Counted from the stretch's first letter, positions 1 to 11,057 are shown. The stretch is DNA of 64,000 nucleotides from an uncultured delta proteobacterium (GCA_963737905.1 CAVTUQ010000008.1:128001-192000); one strand, 5' to 3'. Notes: generated from the letters alone by a model not told the origin. Program-made: numbers and translations.

Positions 1-1
1 A

Positions 2-1003
2 GCGATCGAGAAGCTGGTTAACCGGGTCAATCTCTCCGAGGACGAAACGATCTCCGTCATGAACGAGATCATGACAGGAGAGGCAACGCCTTTACAGGTG
101 GCGTCCTTTCTCACCGCCCTCAGAATGAAAGGGGAGACGGTGGAGGAAATTACCGGAGCTGCACGCGTGATGCGCGAGAAGGCTCATCGCGTCCACGTTC
201 ATTCTAAAACCGTCCTGGATACGTGCGGCACCGGGGGAGACCAGAAAGGGACCTTCAATATCTCCACGACGTGTGCGTTCGTAGTGGCCGGGACCGGCGT
301 CCCGGTTGCCAAACACGGCAACCGCTCGGTATCAAGCCAATCGGGAAGCGCCGACGTTTTGGGGGTTTTAGGGGTCAAGGTAGATGCGCCCAAGGAACGC
401 GTTGAGACCTGTCTCCACGAGATTGGGATCGGCTTTTTGTTTGCGCCTCTACTTCACGAAGCGATGAAATATGCCGTGCAGCCGCGCCGCGATATTGGGA
501 TTCGTACGATCTTTAATCTGCTGGGGCCATTGACGAATCCAGCGATGGCGACGCATCAGCTGTTGGGTCTCTATAGCGGCGGATTGGTGGAGACGATCGC
601 CCATGTTTTGAAAAACCTCGGTAGCATTCGGGCCATGGTCGTTCACGGTGTTGAAGGATTGGACGAAATCTCCCTCTGTGGTCCGACCCGAGTCGCCGAG
701 CTGCGCGATGGCCAGGTCCAAGAGCACATGATCGAACCAGAAGCCATGGGACTCAAGAGATGTCGCATGGAGGATCTCCATGGCGGCAGCGCGGAAGAGA
801 GCGCCGGTGTAGTGCGCGCTGTGTTACAGGGAAAGAAGGGAGCTCCTCGGGATGTAGTGCTGCTCAATAGTGGCGCGGCGCTCTACGTCGCCGGCAAAGC
901 CCCGTCTATTGAGGACGGCATGCATTTGGCTGCGGAATCCATCGATTCCGGCAGAGCACAGGAGAAGCTGGAGCGGCTGGTCGAGTTGACAAACTCAGCT
1001 TAA
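2..1003 (+). CDS. trpD: anthranilate phosphoribosyltransferase (5' end outside window)
   Basis: DTCGTGGD, FNIST, KHGNRSVSS, GSAD motifs; frame stays open to the window edge (AIEKLVNRVNLSEDET). Confidence 0.97.
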   Translation, partial: AIEKLVNRVNLSEDETISVMNEIMTGEATPLQVASFLTALRMKGETVEEITGAARVMREKAHRVHVHSKTVLDTCGTGGDQKGTFNISTTCAFVVAGTGVPVAKHGNRSVSSQSGSADVLGVLGVKVDAPKERVETCLHEIGIGFLFAPLLHEAMKYAVQPRRDIGIRTIFNLLGPLTNPAMATHQLLGLYSGGLVETIAHVLKNLGSIRAMVVHGVEGLDEISLCGPTRVAELRDGQVQEHMIEPEAMGLKRCRMEDLHGGSAEESAGVVRAVLQGKKGAPRDVVLLNSGAALYVAGKAPSIEDGMHLAAESIDSGRAQEKLERLVELTNSA

Positions 1004-1009
1004 CCTTTC

Positions 1010-1790
1010 ATGGCTGAATTTCTAGCCACTATCGTCGAGCACGTGAAAAATCGACTGGGGCAACGGTCGACGGGAGATGCCGGCGTCGGCTCTGCGCGAG
1101 CGGCCGCTGTTTCACACGCCCACGCGTGGTTTTGCTAAGACGCTAACGGGAGGCTCGCGTCAGATAATTGCAGAAGTAAAGCGAGCCTCGCCGTCCAAAG
1201 GGTTGATCCGGGAAAATTGCGATCCGGTAGCGATCGCCCAAGACTATGCCAGTCACGGAGCAAGCGCGATCTCGGTGCTCACGGAGGAGCGATTTTTCCA
1301 GGGCAGTCTTTTGTATCTGGAGCAGATTCGCAGCGCGGTCAATGTGCCGTTGCTGCGTAAGGATTTCATAGTCGATCCCTATCAGTTGACCGAAGCGCGG
1401 AGCTATGGAGCGGACGCGATTTTGTTTATTGCGGCCTTGCTCGATCCGAGTTTGCTACAGGAGCTCTGTGAGCAAGCGACGGCTCTGTCGTTGGACTCGC
1501 TCGTCGAAGTGCACACCGAAGAGGAACTCAACGCTGCGGCAAAGGCCGGGGCACAAGTGGTGGGTATCAATAACCGAGACCTCAAGACCTTTGAGGTGAG
1601 CCTGGCCACCACCGAGAAATTGGCTCCGCGGGTTCCCACCGGCCTGCCAGCGGTCTGCGAGAGCGGCATCGAGAATGTGGAACAGATTCGGCGGGTCGAA
1701 AAATTGGGCATACACGTCTTTTTGATCGGCGAATCGCTCATGCGAGCGGCTCAGCCTGGAAAAAAGCTTCGTGAGCTGTTGGAGCGGTAG
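1010..1790 (+). CDS. trpC: indole-3-glycerol phosphate synthase; apparent +1 frameshift near 1046-1067
   Basis: IAEVKRASPSKG, LRKDFI, GINNRDL, ESGI motifs in ORF 1077-1790. A typical N-terminus MAEFLATIVEHVKNRL starts at ATG 1010 in another frame. Confidence 0.93.
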
Positions 1791-1824
1791 CGCTAAAACC
1801 TTCGAGGATTGAAATTTCATCACC

Positions 1825-2451
1825 ATGACCAAGGTCAAGGTCTGTGGCATCACCAATTTGGTGGACGCCGAGAAGGCACTCGAATTCGGTGCCGATGCCC
1901 TAGGATTTAACTTCTATCCGCCAAGTCCTCGCTGCATCGCGCCGGAGCAGGCACGCGCTGTTCTCGAGCGATTGCCTGAAGTGTCCTTTAACGTAGCCGT
2001 TTTCGTCAACGAACCGAAACAGAAGGTCCGCGAGATTATTATCCATGGAGAGCTTGCCAATGGGCGCCAGGCATACGGCGCACTACAGTTTCATGGGGAG
2101 GAGAGCGATGACTATTGCCGGGGCTGGTCGATGACAGTCATCAAGGCGTTCCGAGTGCAGGGGAAAAAATCCCTGGAGGGAATGGAACAGTTCCCGGCAG
2201 ATTTTTATCTATTGGATTCGTGGTCGTCGGGATACGGCGGATCGGGCGCGGCATTTCCCTGGGAATGGCTCGAAGGACTAAAGACTGAAAAACTGATTTT
2301 GTCGGGCGGTCTAAGCATCGAAAACGTCGCTGAGGCCATTCGCCGGATCCGTCCCTACGGTATCGACGTCTGTAGCGGTGTGGAAGCACGCCCGGGTATT
2401 AAAGATCATGCGAAGCTCAAGGAATTCATTCTCGCCGCAAAAGGTGCCTGA
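1825..2451 (+). CDS. trpF: phosphoribosylanthranilate isomerase
   Basis: [31 protein letters not shown] motifs; operon position. Confidence 0.96.
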   Translation: MTKVKVCGITNLVDAEKALEFGADALGFNFYPPSPRCIAPEQARAVLERLPEVSFNVAVFVNEPKQKVREIIIHGELANGRQAYGALQFHGEESDDYCRGWSMTVIKAFRVQGKKSLEGMEQFPADFYLLDSWSSGYGGSGAAFPWEWLEGLKTEKLILSGGLSIENVAEAIRRIRPYGIDVCSGVEARPGIKDHAKLKEFILAAKGA

Positions 2452-3628
2452 TCAGCGCGGTCATTTCGGTCTCTACGGCGGCCGCTATGTGGCGGAGACC
2501 CTTATGCCCGCGCTCACGGAGTTAGAGCAAGCTTACGCGCAAGCGCGGCGCTCTCCGGGCTTCCGCAAAGAGTTTCAGCACTATCTCCATCAATATGCCG
2601 GAAGAGCTACGCCCCTCTATTTTGCCGAACGGCTGACCCAGAAATTGGGCGGCGCAAAAATTTACCTCAAGCGCGAGGATCTCTGCCACACGGGCGCGCA
2701 CAAGATCAACAACACACTTGGCCAAATCCTCTTAGCGCGCAAAATGGGCAAGCGGAGAATCATCGCGGAAACGGGCGCGGGACAGCATGGCGTCGCTACC
2801 GCGACGGTGGCCGCGCGGTTCGGTCTTGAATGCGAGGTCTTCATGGGCAAGGAAGACGTCGCACGGCAATCGTTGAATGTGTTTCGCATGAAACTCCTTG
2901 GCGCCAAGGTGAGGGTCGTGGAAGCAGGCAGCCAAACCTTGAAGGATGCGATGAACGAGGCACTCAGAGATTGGGTGACCCACGTGCGCAATACCTATTA
3001 TTTGATCGGTTCCGTGGCCGGTCCGCATCCCTATCCGATGATGGTCCGTAACTTCCAATCGGTGATCGGAACAGAGGCGCGCAGGCAAATTCTGAAAGCC
3101 GAGGGGCGATTGCCGACTTATCTCGTTGCTTGTGTGGGCGGCGGCAGTAACTGCATGGGGCTTTTCTACCCCTTCGTCCGCGACCCGAAGGTAAGAATGC
3201 TAGGTGTTGAAGCGGCCGGCAGAGGTTTACGCTCAGGCCAACATGCGGCGTCGATCCTTGGCGGAGAGGTCGGCGTGCTCCATGGCAGCAAAAGCTACGT
3301 CCTGCAGGATCAGAGCGGACAGATCCGCGAGACGCATTCGATTGCCGCGGGACTAGACTACCCCGGTGTAGGGCCGGAACTCAGCTATCTACGGGATCGT
3401 GGGAGAGTAAAATTTGCTTCGGCCACCGACAGTGAAGCCATCGAAGCGATCAAACTCCTGGCGGAGGTGGAAGGGATCATCCCGGCATTAGAGAGCGCCC
3501 ACGCTATTGCGGCGGTCATGCGGCTCGCGCCCCGCTTGCCCAAACGTGGCACGATCATTCTCAATCTCTCGGGACGGGGAGATAAGGATATGATGACAGT
3601 GGGGGACTACTTAGGAGTAAATCTGTAA
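2408..3628 (+). CDS. trpB: tryptophan synthase beta chain (start 2408 or 2444 uncertain)
   Basis: [12 protein letters not shown] lysine motif, [31 protein letters not shown]. Confidence 0.98.
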   Translation: MRSSRNSFSPQKVPDQRGHFGLYGGRYVAETLMPALTELEQAYAQARRSPGFRKEFQHYLHQYAGRATPLYFAERLTQKLGGAKIYLKREDLCHTGAHKINNTLGQILLARKMGKRRIIAETGAGQHGVATATVAARFGLECEVFMGKEDVARQSLNVFRMKLLGAKVRVVEAGSQTLKDAMNEALRDWVTHVRNTYYLIGSVAGPHPYPMMVRNFQSVIGTEARRQILKAEGRLPTYLVACVGGGSNCMGLFYPFVRDPKVRMLGVEAAGRGLRSGQHAASILGGEVGVLHGSKSYVLQDQSGQIRETHSIAAGLDYPGVGPELSYLRDRGRVKFASATDSEAIEAIKLLAEVEGIIPALESAHAIAAVMRLAPRLPKRGTIILNLSGRGDKDMMTVGDYLGVNL

Positions 3629-3719
3629 GAACGGCTCATGGGTTTAAAAATTCAAGGATTTTTTAAACTTTGAACCGTTGAACTTGTGAACTTGAACTCT
3701 TGGAGCTGCTGCCTGAATT

Positions 3720-4532
3720 ATGAGTCGCATTGAGACAAAATTCGCCGAGCTGAAAAGGCGCGGGGAGGCCGCTTTGATCCCGTTTGTGACTGCGGGAGAC
3801 CCCGATCTTGTGACTACACTGAAGGTCCTTCAGGCCCTGGAAAAGGGTGGTGCGGACTGCATTGAGCTGGGAATCCCGTTCTCCGACCCCACGGCGGACG
3901 GGCCGACTATTCAGCGATCGTCGGAACGCGCCTTGAAAAACGGGTTGTCGTTACCGCGAATCTTTCGGCTGGTCCGCCAGTTTCGCCGGACCTCAGACAT
4001 ACCCGTTGTTCTTTTCGGCTACTTCAATCCGATTTTTCGCTACGGATCGAAGAACTTTTGTCTTGCGGCGGTCCATGCTGGGGCGGACGGGATCCTCTGC
4101 GTCGATCTGCCGCCCGAGGAGAGCGAAGAGCTCAAGCATTGGACCGATGGCAATGGACTGGATCTCATTTTTCTCTTATCCCCTACTAGCGGCCGGGATC
4201 GTGTGCGCCTCGTGGCTGGAAAGGGTCGAGGATTTATTTATTACGTTTCCGTAACCGGCGTCACCGGAGCGCGCCAGGCACTCGATGACCAGCTGCGGTC
4301 GCAGGTCGCGCGAGTACGCCGGGCCACGTCGCTACCCGTCGGAGTCGGTTTTGGAATCTCGACTCCAAAGCAGGCCGCGTGGATCGCCGGCTTTGCCGAT
4401 GCCGCTGTGGTCGGTAGCGCATTAGTCGAAAGAATCGAAAAAGCGAAGGGAGGCGCGGAGAAAGCACGGCGCGCCGGCGCCTTCGTGTCCGAGCTTAAGC
4501 GGGCAATGAAGCAAGTTGCCAAGAAATCTTAG
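3720..4532 (+). CDS. trpA: tryptophan synthase alpha chain
   Basis: ELGIPFSDPTADGPTIQ, YYVSVTGVTG, VGFGIS. Confidence 0.98.
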   Translation: MSRIETKFAELKRRGEAALIPFVTAGDPDLVTTLKVLQALEKGGADCIELGIPFSDPTADGPTIQRSSERALKNGLSLPRIFRLVRQFRRTSDIPVVLFGYFNPIFRYGSKNFCLAAVHAGADGILCVDLPPEESEELKHWTDGNGLDLIFLLSPTSGRDRVRLVAGKGRGFIYYVSVTGVTGARQALDDQLRSQVARVRRATSLPVGVGFGISTPKQAAWIAGFADAAVVGSALVERIEKAKGGAEKARRAGAFVSELKRAMKQVAKKS

Positions 4533-4589
4533 AGCTTGGGCGATTCCTCAGAGGTCGCCCCACAACTCGGGTCCCTTCAACTTATCCCT

Positions 4590-5873
4590 ATGGACTCATA
4601 CGCAGAAACTCTACACACGATCTACAACCTGCGCGGTGGAGTGATCGATCTGCGTTTGGATCGCATGAAGGAGGCCTTATCCCTCTTTGACCACCCCGAA
4701 AAGCAATTTCCCTCGTTTCACATCGCCGGAACCAACGGCAAGGGGTCTACCGCGGCCATGTTGCATCGCATCCTGTCTCAGGCCGGTTATCGCGTCGCTC
4801 TCTACACCTCGCCCCATCTTGTATCTTTCACGGAACGCATACGTGTGGGAGATGAAGAGATTGCTCCAAATGAAGTCGTAGCCTTGGCGCAGGAGATCCG
4901 GGACCGGACTGCAGCCGCTCATGTTCCGCTGACCTTCTTCGAATTCGTTACGGTCATGGCCTTTGTTCACTTTGCCCGGCAAAGGATCGATGTTGCGGTG
5001 GTTGAAGTCGGTTTAGGCGGTAGATTGGATGCAACAAATCTGCTGCGGCCTGTCGTGTCGTTGATCTCGACGATTTCCAAGGACCACGAGGCTTATCTCG
5101 GATCCGATGTGCTTTCTATTGCGCGGGAAAAGGGGGGAATCATAAAGCAGGGTATTCCTGTGGTTTGCGGCGCACTGCCGGCAGATGTCGCGGCCTTGCT
5201 AAAAGATATTGGCGCTGAGCGCAACGCTCCTTCCCACTTTCTTGGCCGTGATTTCACTTTTTCCTTGAAAAACGAGGATCGTTTCGATTATAGAGGTCTA
5301 AAGTGGCGTTTAGGTGACCTCGATATCGCACTCCGCGGTAGGCATCAAAAAAGGAATGCAGCGCTTGCGCTGGCTGGGCTCGAAATTGCGGCGCATGATT
5401 TCCCGGTAAAGGAGGCGGCACTGCGGGAGGGACTAAAAACAGTCCGTTGGCCCGGGCGGTTTGAAGTGGTGCAGGATCATCCCACTATTGTCCTAGATGG
5501 CGCGCATAACGGGGAGGGTGTGAGAGCGCTTATCGAGGAACTCGAAAATTTTCGCGAACAGCGTCGGGTCAAGCTGTTGTTCGCTTCCATGGAAGATAAG
5601 GATTGGCGTCTGATGTTGGAGAGCCTTTCCGAGGTGGTGGATGAGATCGTTTTGACGCGGGTCAATATGCAACGCTGCGCCGATCCTTTTCACCTGGATT
5701 CTCAATTGGGCGGAAAAGTTCCGCACCGAGCCATTGGGAATGTGCCATCAGCGCTCGACTATGTTCTCGATCGCGCGGATTCTAATGACATTATTCTTAT
5801 CGCCGGGTCGCTTTATCTGATCGGTGAAATTCGACCCCTGGTTCAAGAAATCGCTGTGGCAAGATCCGTTTGA
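4590..5873 (+). CDS. folC: folylpolyglutamate/dihydrofolate synthase
   Basis: HIAGTNGKGST, YTSPHL, EVGLGGRLDATN, WPGRFE, LDGAHN, GSLYLIGE. Confidence 0.96.
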   Translation: MDSYAETLHTIYNLRGGVIDLRLDRMKEALSLFDHPEKQFPSFHIAGTNGKGSTAAMLHRILSQAGYRVALYTSPHLVSFTERIRVGDEEIAPNEVVALAQEIRDRTAAAHVPLTFFEFVTVMAFVHFARQRIDVAVVEVGLGGRLDATNLLRPVVSLISTISKDHEAYLGSDVLSIAREKGGIIKQGIPVVCGALPADVAALLKDIGAERNAPSHFLGRDFTFSLKNEDRFDYRGLKWRLGDLDIALRGRHQKRNAALALAGLEIAAHDFPVKEAALREGLKTVRWPGRFEVVQDHPTIVLDGAHNGEGVRALIEELENFREQRRVKLLFASMEDKDWRLMLESLSEVVDEIVLTRVNMQRCADPFHLDSQLGGKVPHRAIGNVPSALDYVLDRADSNDIILIAGSLYLIGEIRPLVQEIAVARSV

Positions 5874-5906
5874 AAAAAATCATCCCAATATTCTCCTTTC
5901 TAAACG

Positions 5907-8285
5907 ATGAACTTAAGAAAAAGTCTCTGCACCCAAGCGATCTTGGCCGTTGTCGCGGTTCTATACGCGGGTTCTTCCTGGGGGCAATCCACACGTCCCG
6001 ATACCCCATCCGATAGCAAGGAAATTGACGTATCCGCGGACAGTCTTTCTTTCGGCAATGGCGGAACGCAGATCGAAGCCACAGGAAGCGTCCAACTCAA
6101 ACGCGAGATGATGACACTCAAAGCCGATGAAGTGCGAATCAACCGTGAAACTAACGACATGGAAGCAAAAGGGAAGGTCTCACTCGACGACCCGAATTGG
6201 AAGGTGAAATCCGCGGAGTCCATGCAGTTCAATATAGAAAAAGAAACCGGTGAGTTTCAGAAAGGCGAGATGTTCATCGAACAGAACCACGTCACTATGG
6301 CAGGACAAAAGCTGCAGAAATTTAGCGGTCAGACGTATCACATCGATAATGGGTTTTTCACCACCTGCTTATGTGAATCCGGCGCGACGCCATGGCGAAT
6401 CTCAGCGGACGAAGTCGACCTTACGCGTGAGGGAACGGGGATTATACGACAGGGCTACTTCTATATTTATGATGTCCCGGTTTTGTATATACCCTACGGT
6501 CTTATCCCACTGCAGAGCGAACGACAAACGGGATTTCTATTTCCACAAGTCGGTCAGTCGAACCAAAATGGATTTAGATACCTGCAGCCCTTTTACTGGG
6601 CGATTTCCAAGAGCACGGATGCTACCTTTTCCTTCAATGTCGAGACGAAGACCCGCCTGGGCGTGCTCGCGGACTTTCGGACCAAAATTGATCGTATCTC
6701 CGATTTTCAATTCCTGCCATCCTTTTTCAATGAGCTGTGGCGCAAGAACGCAGATGCGGACATTGTGGACAAGACGATTGCCGACCCGCACATACCGCTA
6801 CATCGTTGGGGTGTCGTCGGCACTCATCGCTACACGACGGAGAACGACTGGCTCACCTATAGCGACTTCGCGGCCTACGGTGACACTCTGTTTACGCGCG
6901 AGTTGGTGGACCGCTTCGACCTGCCTCCGCAAAGAGAACGGGAAATTCAGGTGAGTCGTTTCGGCCAGTCCCGATTCGGCGCGTTCAAGAATTGGGGGGA
7001 TACTTATTTCAACGGTGACTTGAGGTTCTACCAAGATTTCATCCAATTCGATAAGACGACACTGCAGAGGACGCCGGAGGTATCGTTTTGGGGACGCCGG
7101 TTTCTGAGCGGGTTTCCACTGGAGTTTCGTTGGTGGGCGGAGGGCGTAAACTACCTCCGGAGGCAGGATTGTCCGGGCATGGGGGGCACGACCGGGCAAT
7201 GCGGCGACGGGCTTCGTCTCGATCTTAGACCAGAAGTGGTGTTGCCTTTTCGGATCGCTTCCTACCTGTTTGGATCGGTGAGCGTCGCCCCTCGCGAGAC
7301 AGCCTATTACCTTTACTCACCGGTCACTCCTGGGGATCGAAGCGTTTCCCGAGAACTGGTAGAAATCCGGAGCAATATCGGCACCACCTTGAGCCGCGTC
7401 TTTTCTTGGAATGGTCCAGGCGGCAGCGCGATCAGGCATGTCCTTGAGCCGGAATTGAGCTATTTCTTCGTACCCGGGGTCAACCAGGATAATATTCCTA
7501 TCATGGACGGAGTCGACCGCATACGCCGCAGAAACGTCCTGACCTTCGCGGTCGGAAACCGGTTCTGGAGCCGGACTGCGACCGCCGCACCGGGTGCTGC
7601 TGACAAAGAAGTTGAATCGCTGAACCCTTTCATTTCTAGCGTCCAGGAGTTGGGATCGCTGCGGCTCGCAATGAGTTATGATATTGCTGCAGCGCGAAAA
7701 GGCAGTGATAGCTTGACAGATCTCGATATGAATCTACGCCTCACGCCCATCTATTACCTAAGTTTCGCATTTGACGGTGGGATAAGCCCAGGATCGTGGC
7801 AGATCACACAGGGTCGGGCTACCGTACAGCTCATCGATCCACGTCCGATCACGCGGCGAGCCTTGGATCCGGATTTCATGAGACCGAATGCTGTCAGCTT
7901 GGGGTTTCGCTACTTAGTCAATGGGCCGAACGGATTTCTGGCCTCCAACGCAAATATTAACTTGGATGAGGACCCGCCGAATTGTGCTCGAAATCCCACC
8001 GATCCGCGCTGTCCCTTCGCGCCCAACCCCAAAAGCTTGGTCGGCGATATCGTTGCCAGCTTCTTTTACCACGCCACGGATAATATTCTCTTGAATGTAA
8101 GCTCGATCTATGACGTGATCAATGGCCAGTTTATCGCCGCACGGGGCGCGGTCAAATTGCTCTCGCCCTGTGATTGTTGGACTTTGACTCTTTCCGTAAA
8201 TCAGACCATCAACCCGGCGAAGACGAGCTTCAGCTTCGACTTTAGTCTGCTCGGATTGGGATCACAAAAGAAGAGTACGCTCTAA
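5907..8285 (+). CDS. lptD: LPS assembly outer-membrane protein LptD
   Basis: Signal peptide, OstA-like N-terminus (ADEV..N..T..MEAKG), FTTC..W.I.A, RQTGFLFP, PFYWAIS, long beta-strand-rich C-terminus. Confidence 0.88.
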   Translation: MNLRKSLCTQAILAVVAVLYAGSSWGQSTRPDTPSDSKEIDVSADSLSFGNGGTQIEATGSVQLKREMMTLKADEVRINRETNDMEAKGKVSLDDPNWKVKSAESMQFNIEKETGEFQKGEMFIEQNHVTMAGQKLQKFSGQTYHIDNGFFTTCLCESGATPWRISADEVDLTREGTGIIRQGYFYIYDVPVLYIPYGLIPLQSERQTGFLFPQVGQSNQNGFRYLQPFYWAISKSTDATFSFNVETKTRLGVLADFRTKIDRISDFQFLPSFFNELWRKNADADIVDKTIADPHIPLHRWGVVGTHRYTTENDWLTYSDFAAYGDTLFTRELVDRFDLPPQREREIQVSRFGQSRFGAFKNWGDTYFNGDLRFYQDFIQFDKTTLQRTPEVSFWGRRFLSGFPLEFRWWAEGVNYLRRQDCPGMGGTTGQCGDGLRLDLRPEVVLPFRIASYLFGSVSVAPRETAYYLYSPVTPGDRSVSRELVEIRSNIGTTLSRVFSWNGPGGSAIRHVLEPELSYFFVPGVNQDNIPIMDGVDRIRRRNVLTFAVGNRFWSRTATAAPGAADKEVESLNPFISSVQELGSLRLAMSYDIAAARKGSDSLTDLDMNLRLTPIYYLSFAFDGGISPGSWQITQGRATVQLIDPRPITRRALDPDFMRPNAVSLGFRYLVNGPNGFLASNANINLDEDPPNCARNPTDPRCPFAPNPKSLVGDIVASFFYHATDNILLNVSSIYDVINGQFIAARGAVKLLSPCDCWTLTLSVNQTINPAKTSFSFDFSLLGLGSQKKSTL

Positions 8286-8317
8286 AGCAAGATCGCCGCC
8301 ATCCAGGCGTGGGGGCG

Positions 8318-9211
8318 TCATACGCCATTCCGGTTCTTTAGCTTGGTTTCGAGCATTCCCAGATAGTGATAGATGCGGCCTTTGCTTCGATATCTGTCTC
8401 TTTCGCTCTTCCCCAACGAATAGAAGGCAAATTGTGCCGTGGCGCGCCCTAGATCAAAAACGATCCGTCCGAATCCCTTATCATCCATAAGTACACGGCT
8501 GTGTCCTTGTTGTTTATGGTGGGTTCTAAAATAATCTTCGGTCAACCGGATCGGGTCTACGCTATGATAGACCACGGCTTCTCTCATATAACCAATCCGA
8601 AAACCTTCCCGGCGAAGGCGGCGTGCAAAGTCTACATCCTCGGAGGTTCCCGAAGCCCCCGGTCCAAGCCGTTCGTCAAAAGGCCCGACCCTGTTGAATG
8701 CTTGGCGCGAAACCGCAAAATTGGCCCCATTAAGGGAATGGAAATGTTTAATATCAGGGCCAAAATCGATAGTTGGGATAGTCCGATATCGATTGATCAG
8801 CGTATGGATTTCCAGATTGTCGGTGCGCGGAGGTCGGATCCGGATGACACCCTGAGCCGCCTGGTATTCCTTTTCCTCAAAAAATTGCTGAACCGCGCAG
8901 AGCCAATTGGGTTGGACGACGACATCATCATCCAAGAAGGCCAGTACATCGCCACCCGCCACTCGCGAGGCCTCGTTCATCACCGCCGATTTGCCGGGGG
9001 TTTGAACCATTAAAAGCGTCAGCGGAAGGGGAAAGTTCTTCGCTACAACGTGCAGAAATCTCCACGTCTCATCTAGAGAATTATTGTCGCCGACAATGAT
9101 TTGAGGCTGGAATTTTTCCAGTCCCTGCAGCTCTTTGACGCTGTCGAGCAGAGCTTGGACCATCCGGGCACGATTCCTTGTAGGAATGATGATGCTGAGC
9201 TTTATCGCCAT
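8318..9211 (-). CDS. family 2 glycosyltransferase
   Basis: LSIIIPTRNR, DNNS, AFLDDD, GANFA, FDERLGPG...ED. Confidence 0.9.
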   Translation of the reverse strand: MAIKLSIIIPTRNRARMVQALLDSVKELQGLEKFQPQIIVGDNNSLDETWRFLHVVAKNFPLPLTLLMVQTPGKSAVMNEASRVAGGDVLAFLDDDVVVQPNWLCAVQQFFEEKEYQAAQGVIRIRPPRTDNLEIHTLINRYRTIPTIDFGPDIKHFHSLNGANFAVSRQAFNRVGPFDERLGPGASGTSEDVDFARRLRREGFRIGYMREAVVYHSVDPIRLTEDYFRTHHKQQGHSRVLMDDKGFGRIVFDLGRATAQFAFYSLGKSERDRYRSKGRIYHYLGMLETKLKNRNGV

Positions 9212-9535
9212 GTTGTTATCCCCATCGAGCCACGAAAATAATCCGCTTCGGTTGAGAACAGGGGCTTAAAATTGCCCGCGTCTGCGTCGATCCGACAAAC
9301 GGGATGACAAACCTTAGCAAATTTGTTACATGAGAATAGTCCGATAACGTTATGAGACAGTCCCCCTCCCCATTAGAAGCTTATCATGTAAAACCTTATC
9401 ATGCTTTTTTAATAATTCTACCAACCCTTCACAATTTTGCCTTTGGGTCGCCCAGGCGGTCGGCGGTTAAAGATTAAGCCGGTTGCCAGTTGCCATGACG
9501 GTCCATTGAGACTCCCAGCACCCAGTTGACCAAAC

Positions 9536-10303
9536 ATGAGATCGCTTTTCCGATACCGCGAGTTGATTCGCAACTTGGTCTTCAAGGACTTGAAGCTCAA
9601 ATACCGGGATTCCACCTTTGGCTTTCTCTGGTCGCTCGCGAACCCGATCCTGGTCATTTCTGTTTACAGCTTTGTTTTCGGGCATCTGATACGGGTGGGT
9701 GTCGAACGCTTTCCTTATTTCATTATGATCGGTCTCCTGGCGTGGAATTTTTTTGCGCAATCTTTGATGATGGCGACGGGAGCTATTCTCGATAACAGCA
9801 ACTTGATCAGAAAGGTTGCGCTTCCAATGGAGGTATTTCCGGTGGCGACCGTGCTATTTAACTTGGCTCAATATCTCCTTGCTCTGATCGTGCTTTTCCC
9901 GTTGGCGTTTGTTTTTTTCGGAGTTTTACCTTCATGGTCCTGGTTGGCTTTTTTGCCGATTTTAGTGCTTCACGTGGGTTTTACACTGGGGGCGTGTTTT
10001 GTCGTTGCGGCCACAACGGTGTTTTTTAGAGATGTGCGCCATTTCACGGAGATCCTATTGATGCTGCTTTTTTGGCTTACCCCGATTATTTATGACATAC
10101 GATCCATAACACCGGCTCTGCAATCCGTGATTTACTTGAATCCTATTTCGTTTTTCACCATGGGGTATCAGAATGCTCTTTACCACAATATTTTTCCGTC
10201 TTTTCAAGAGGTTGTGATCCTCACAATGCTGACTGTTTTGATGATGGTAATGGGCTATACCCTTTTTGTACGTCTCAAAACCCGATTTGCGGAAGAGGTT
10301 TAG
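9536..10303 (+). CDS. wzm: polysaccharide ABC exporter permease (copy 1)
   Basis: DLKLKYRDSTFGFLWSLANP, FFRDV, LFWLTPIIY, NP motifs; about six hydrophobic segments. Confidence 0.92.
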   Translation: MRSLFRYRELIRNLVFKDLKLKYRDSTFGFLWSLANPILVISVYSFVFGHLIRVGVERFPYFIMIGLLAWNFFAQSLMMATGAILDNSNLIRKVALPMEVFPVATVLFNLAQYLLALIVLFPLAFVFFGVLPSWSWLAFLPILVLHVGFTLGACFVVAATTVFFRDVRHFTEILLMLLFWLTPIIYDIRSITPALQSVIYLNPISFFTMGYQNALYHNIFPSFQEVVILTMLTVLMMVMGYTLFVRLKTRFAEEV

Positions 10304-10307
10304 TTCG

Positions 10308-11057
10308 TTGTCGACGGCGATTGAAGTCACCAACGTCTCAAAGGCCTTTATTATCCGGCATAACCGAAATAATTCGTTGAAGTCGCAGGTGATAGGGATA
10401 TTTCATAAGCGTTTCCGTGAAGAGCGCGAGACTCTTTGGGCATTGAAAGGAGTGAGTTTGGAAATACGCCCGGGCGAAGCTCTTGGGCTCATCGGGAGAA
10501 ATGGTTCGGGGAAGAGCACCTTGCTAAAAATCATCGCGGGAATCTATCCGCCGACTTCAGGGGAGGTGCGTCTATCGAATCCGCGGGTGGGCACCATGAT
10601 CGAACTCGGTGTCGGCTTTCATCCAGAATTAACCGGAGAGGAAAACATCTATTTAGGCGCATCGATCTATGGACTTAGCCGAAAGGAAGTAGATAAGATC
10701 TATCCTAAAGTCGTTGAGTTTTCTGAGCTCGACAGCTTCATGGATACGTCTATAAAAAACTATTCGTCCGGGATGCAGGCCCGATTGGGGTTCGCCCTCG
10801 CTGTTAATCTGGATCCCGATATTCTTCTCGTGGATGAAATTCTGGCGGTGGGAGATGAGGCCTTCCAAAGGAAATGCATGGCACGGATGGAGCAGTTTCG
10901 CAATGCCGGCAAAACCATCGTGTTCGTTTCCCATGGCCCCGAAGATGTCAGAAGGATTTGCGATCGCGCCTGTGTATTGGACGTTGGTTCAGTGGTTTTT
11001 CTGGGAAAGACCGGCGAGGCTATCGACCGATACCATGCGCTCTTAGGTGCCGCGTAG
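10308..11057 (+). CDS. wzt: polysaccharide ABC exporter ATPase (copy 1), no C-terminal CBM; TTG start inferred
   Basis: GRNGSGKST, ELGVGFHPELTG.EN, YSSGMQARLGF, DEILAVGD; ends right after the ATPase domain. Confidence 0.92.
   Translation: MSTAIEVTNVSKAFIIRHNRNNSLKSQVIGIFHKRFREERETLWALKGVSLEIRPGEALGLIGRNGSGKSTLLKIIAGIYPPTSGEVRLSNPRVGTMIELGVGFHPELTGEENIYLGASIYGLSRKEVDKIYPKVVEFSELDSFMDTSIKNYSSGMQARLGFALAVNLDPDILLVDEILAVGDEAFQRKCMARMEQFRNAGKTIVFVSHGPEDVRRICDRACVLDVGSVVFLGKTGEAIDRYHALLGAA

Noticed and set aside
4532-4590. Absence of accD between trpA and folC
   Set aside because: Gene order here varies between lineages; no relic is visible and the gene may lie elsewhere.
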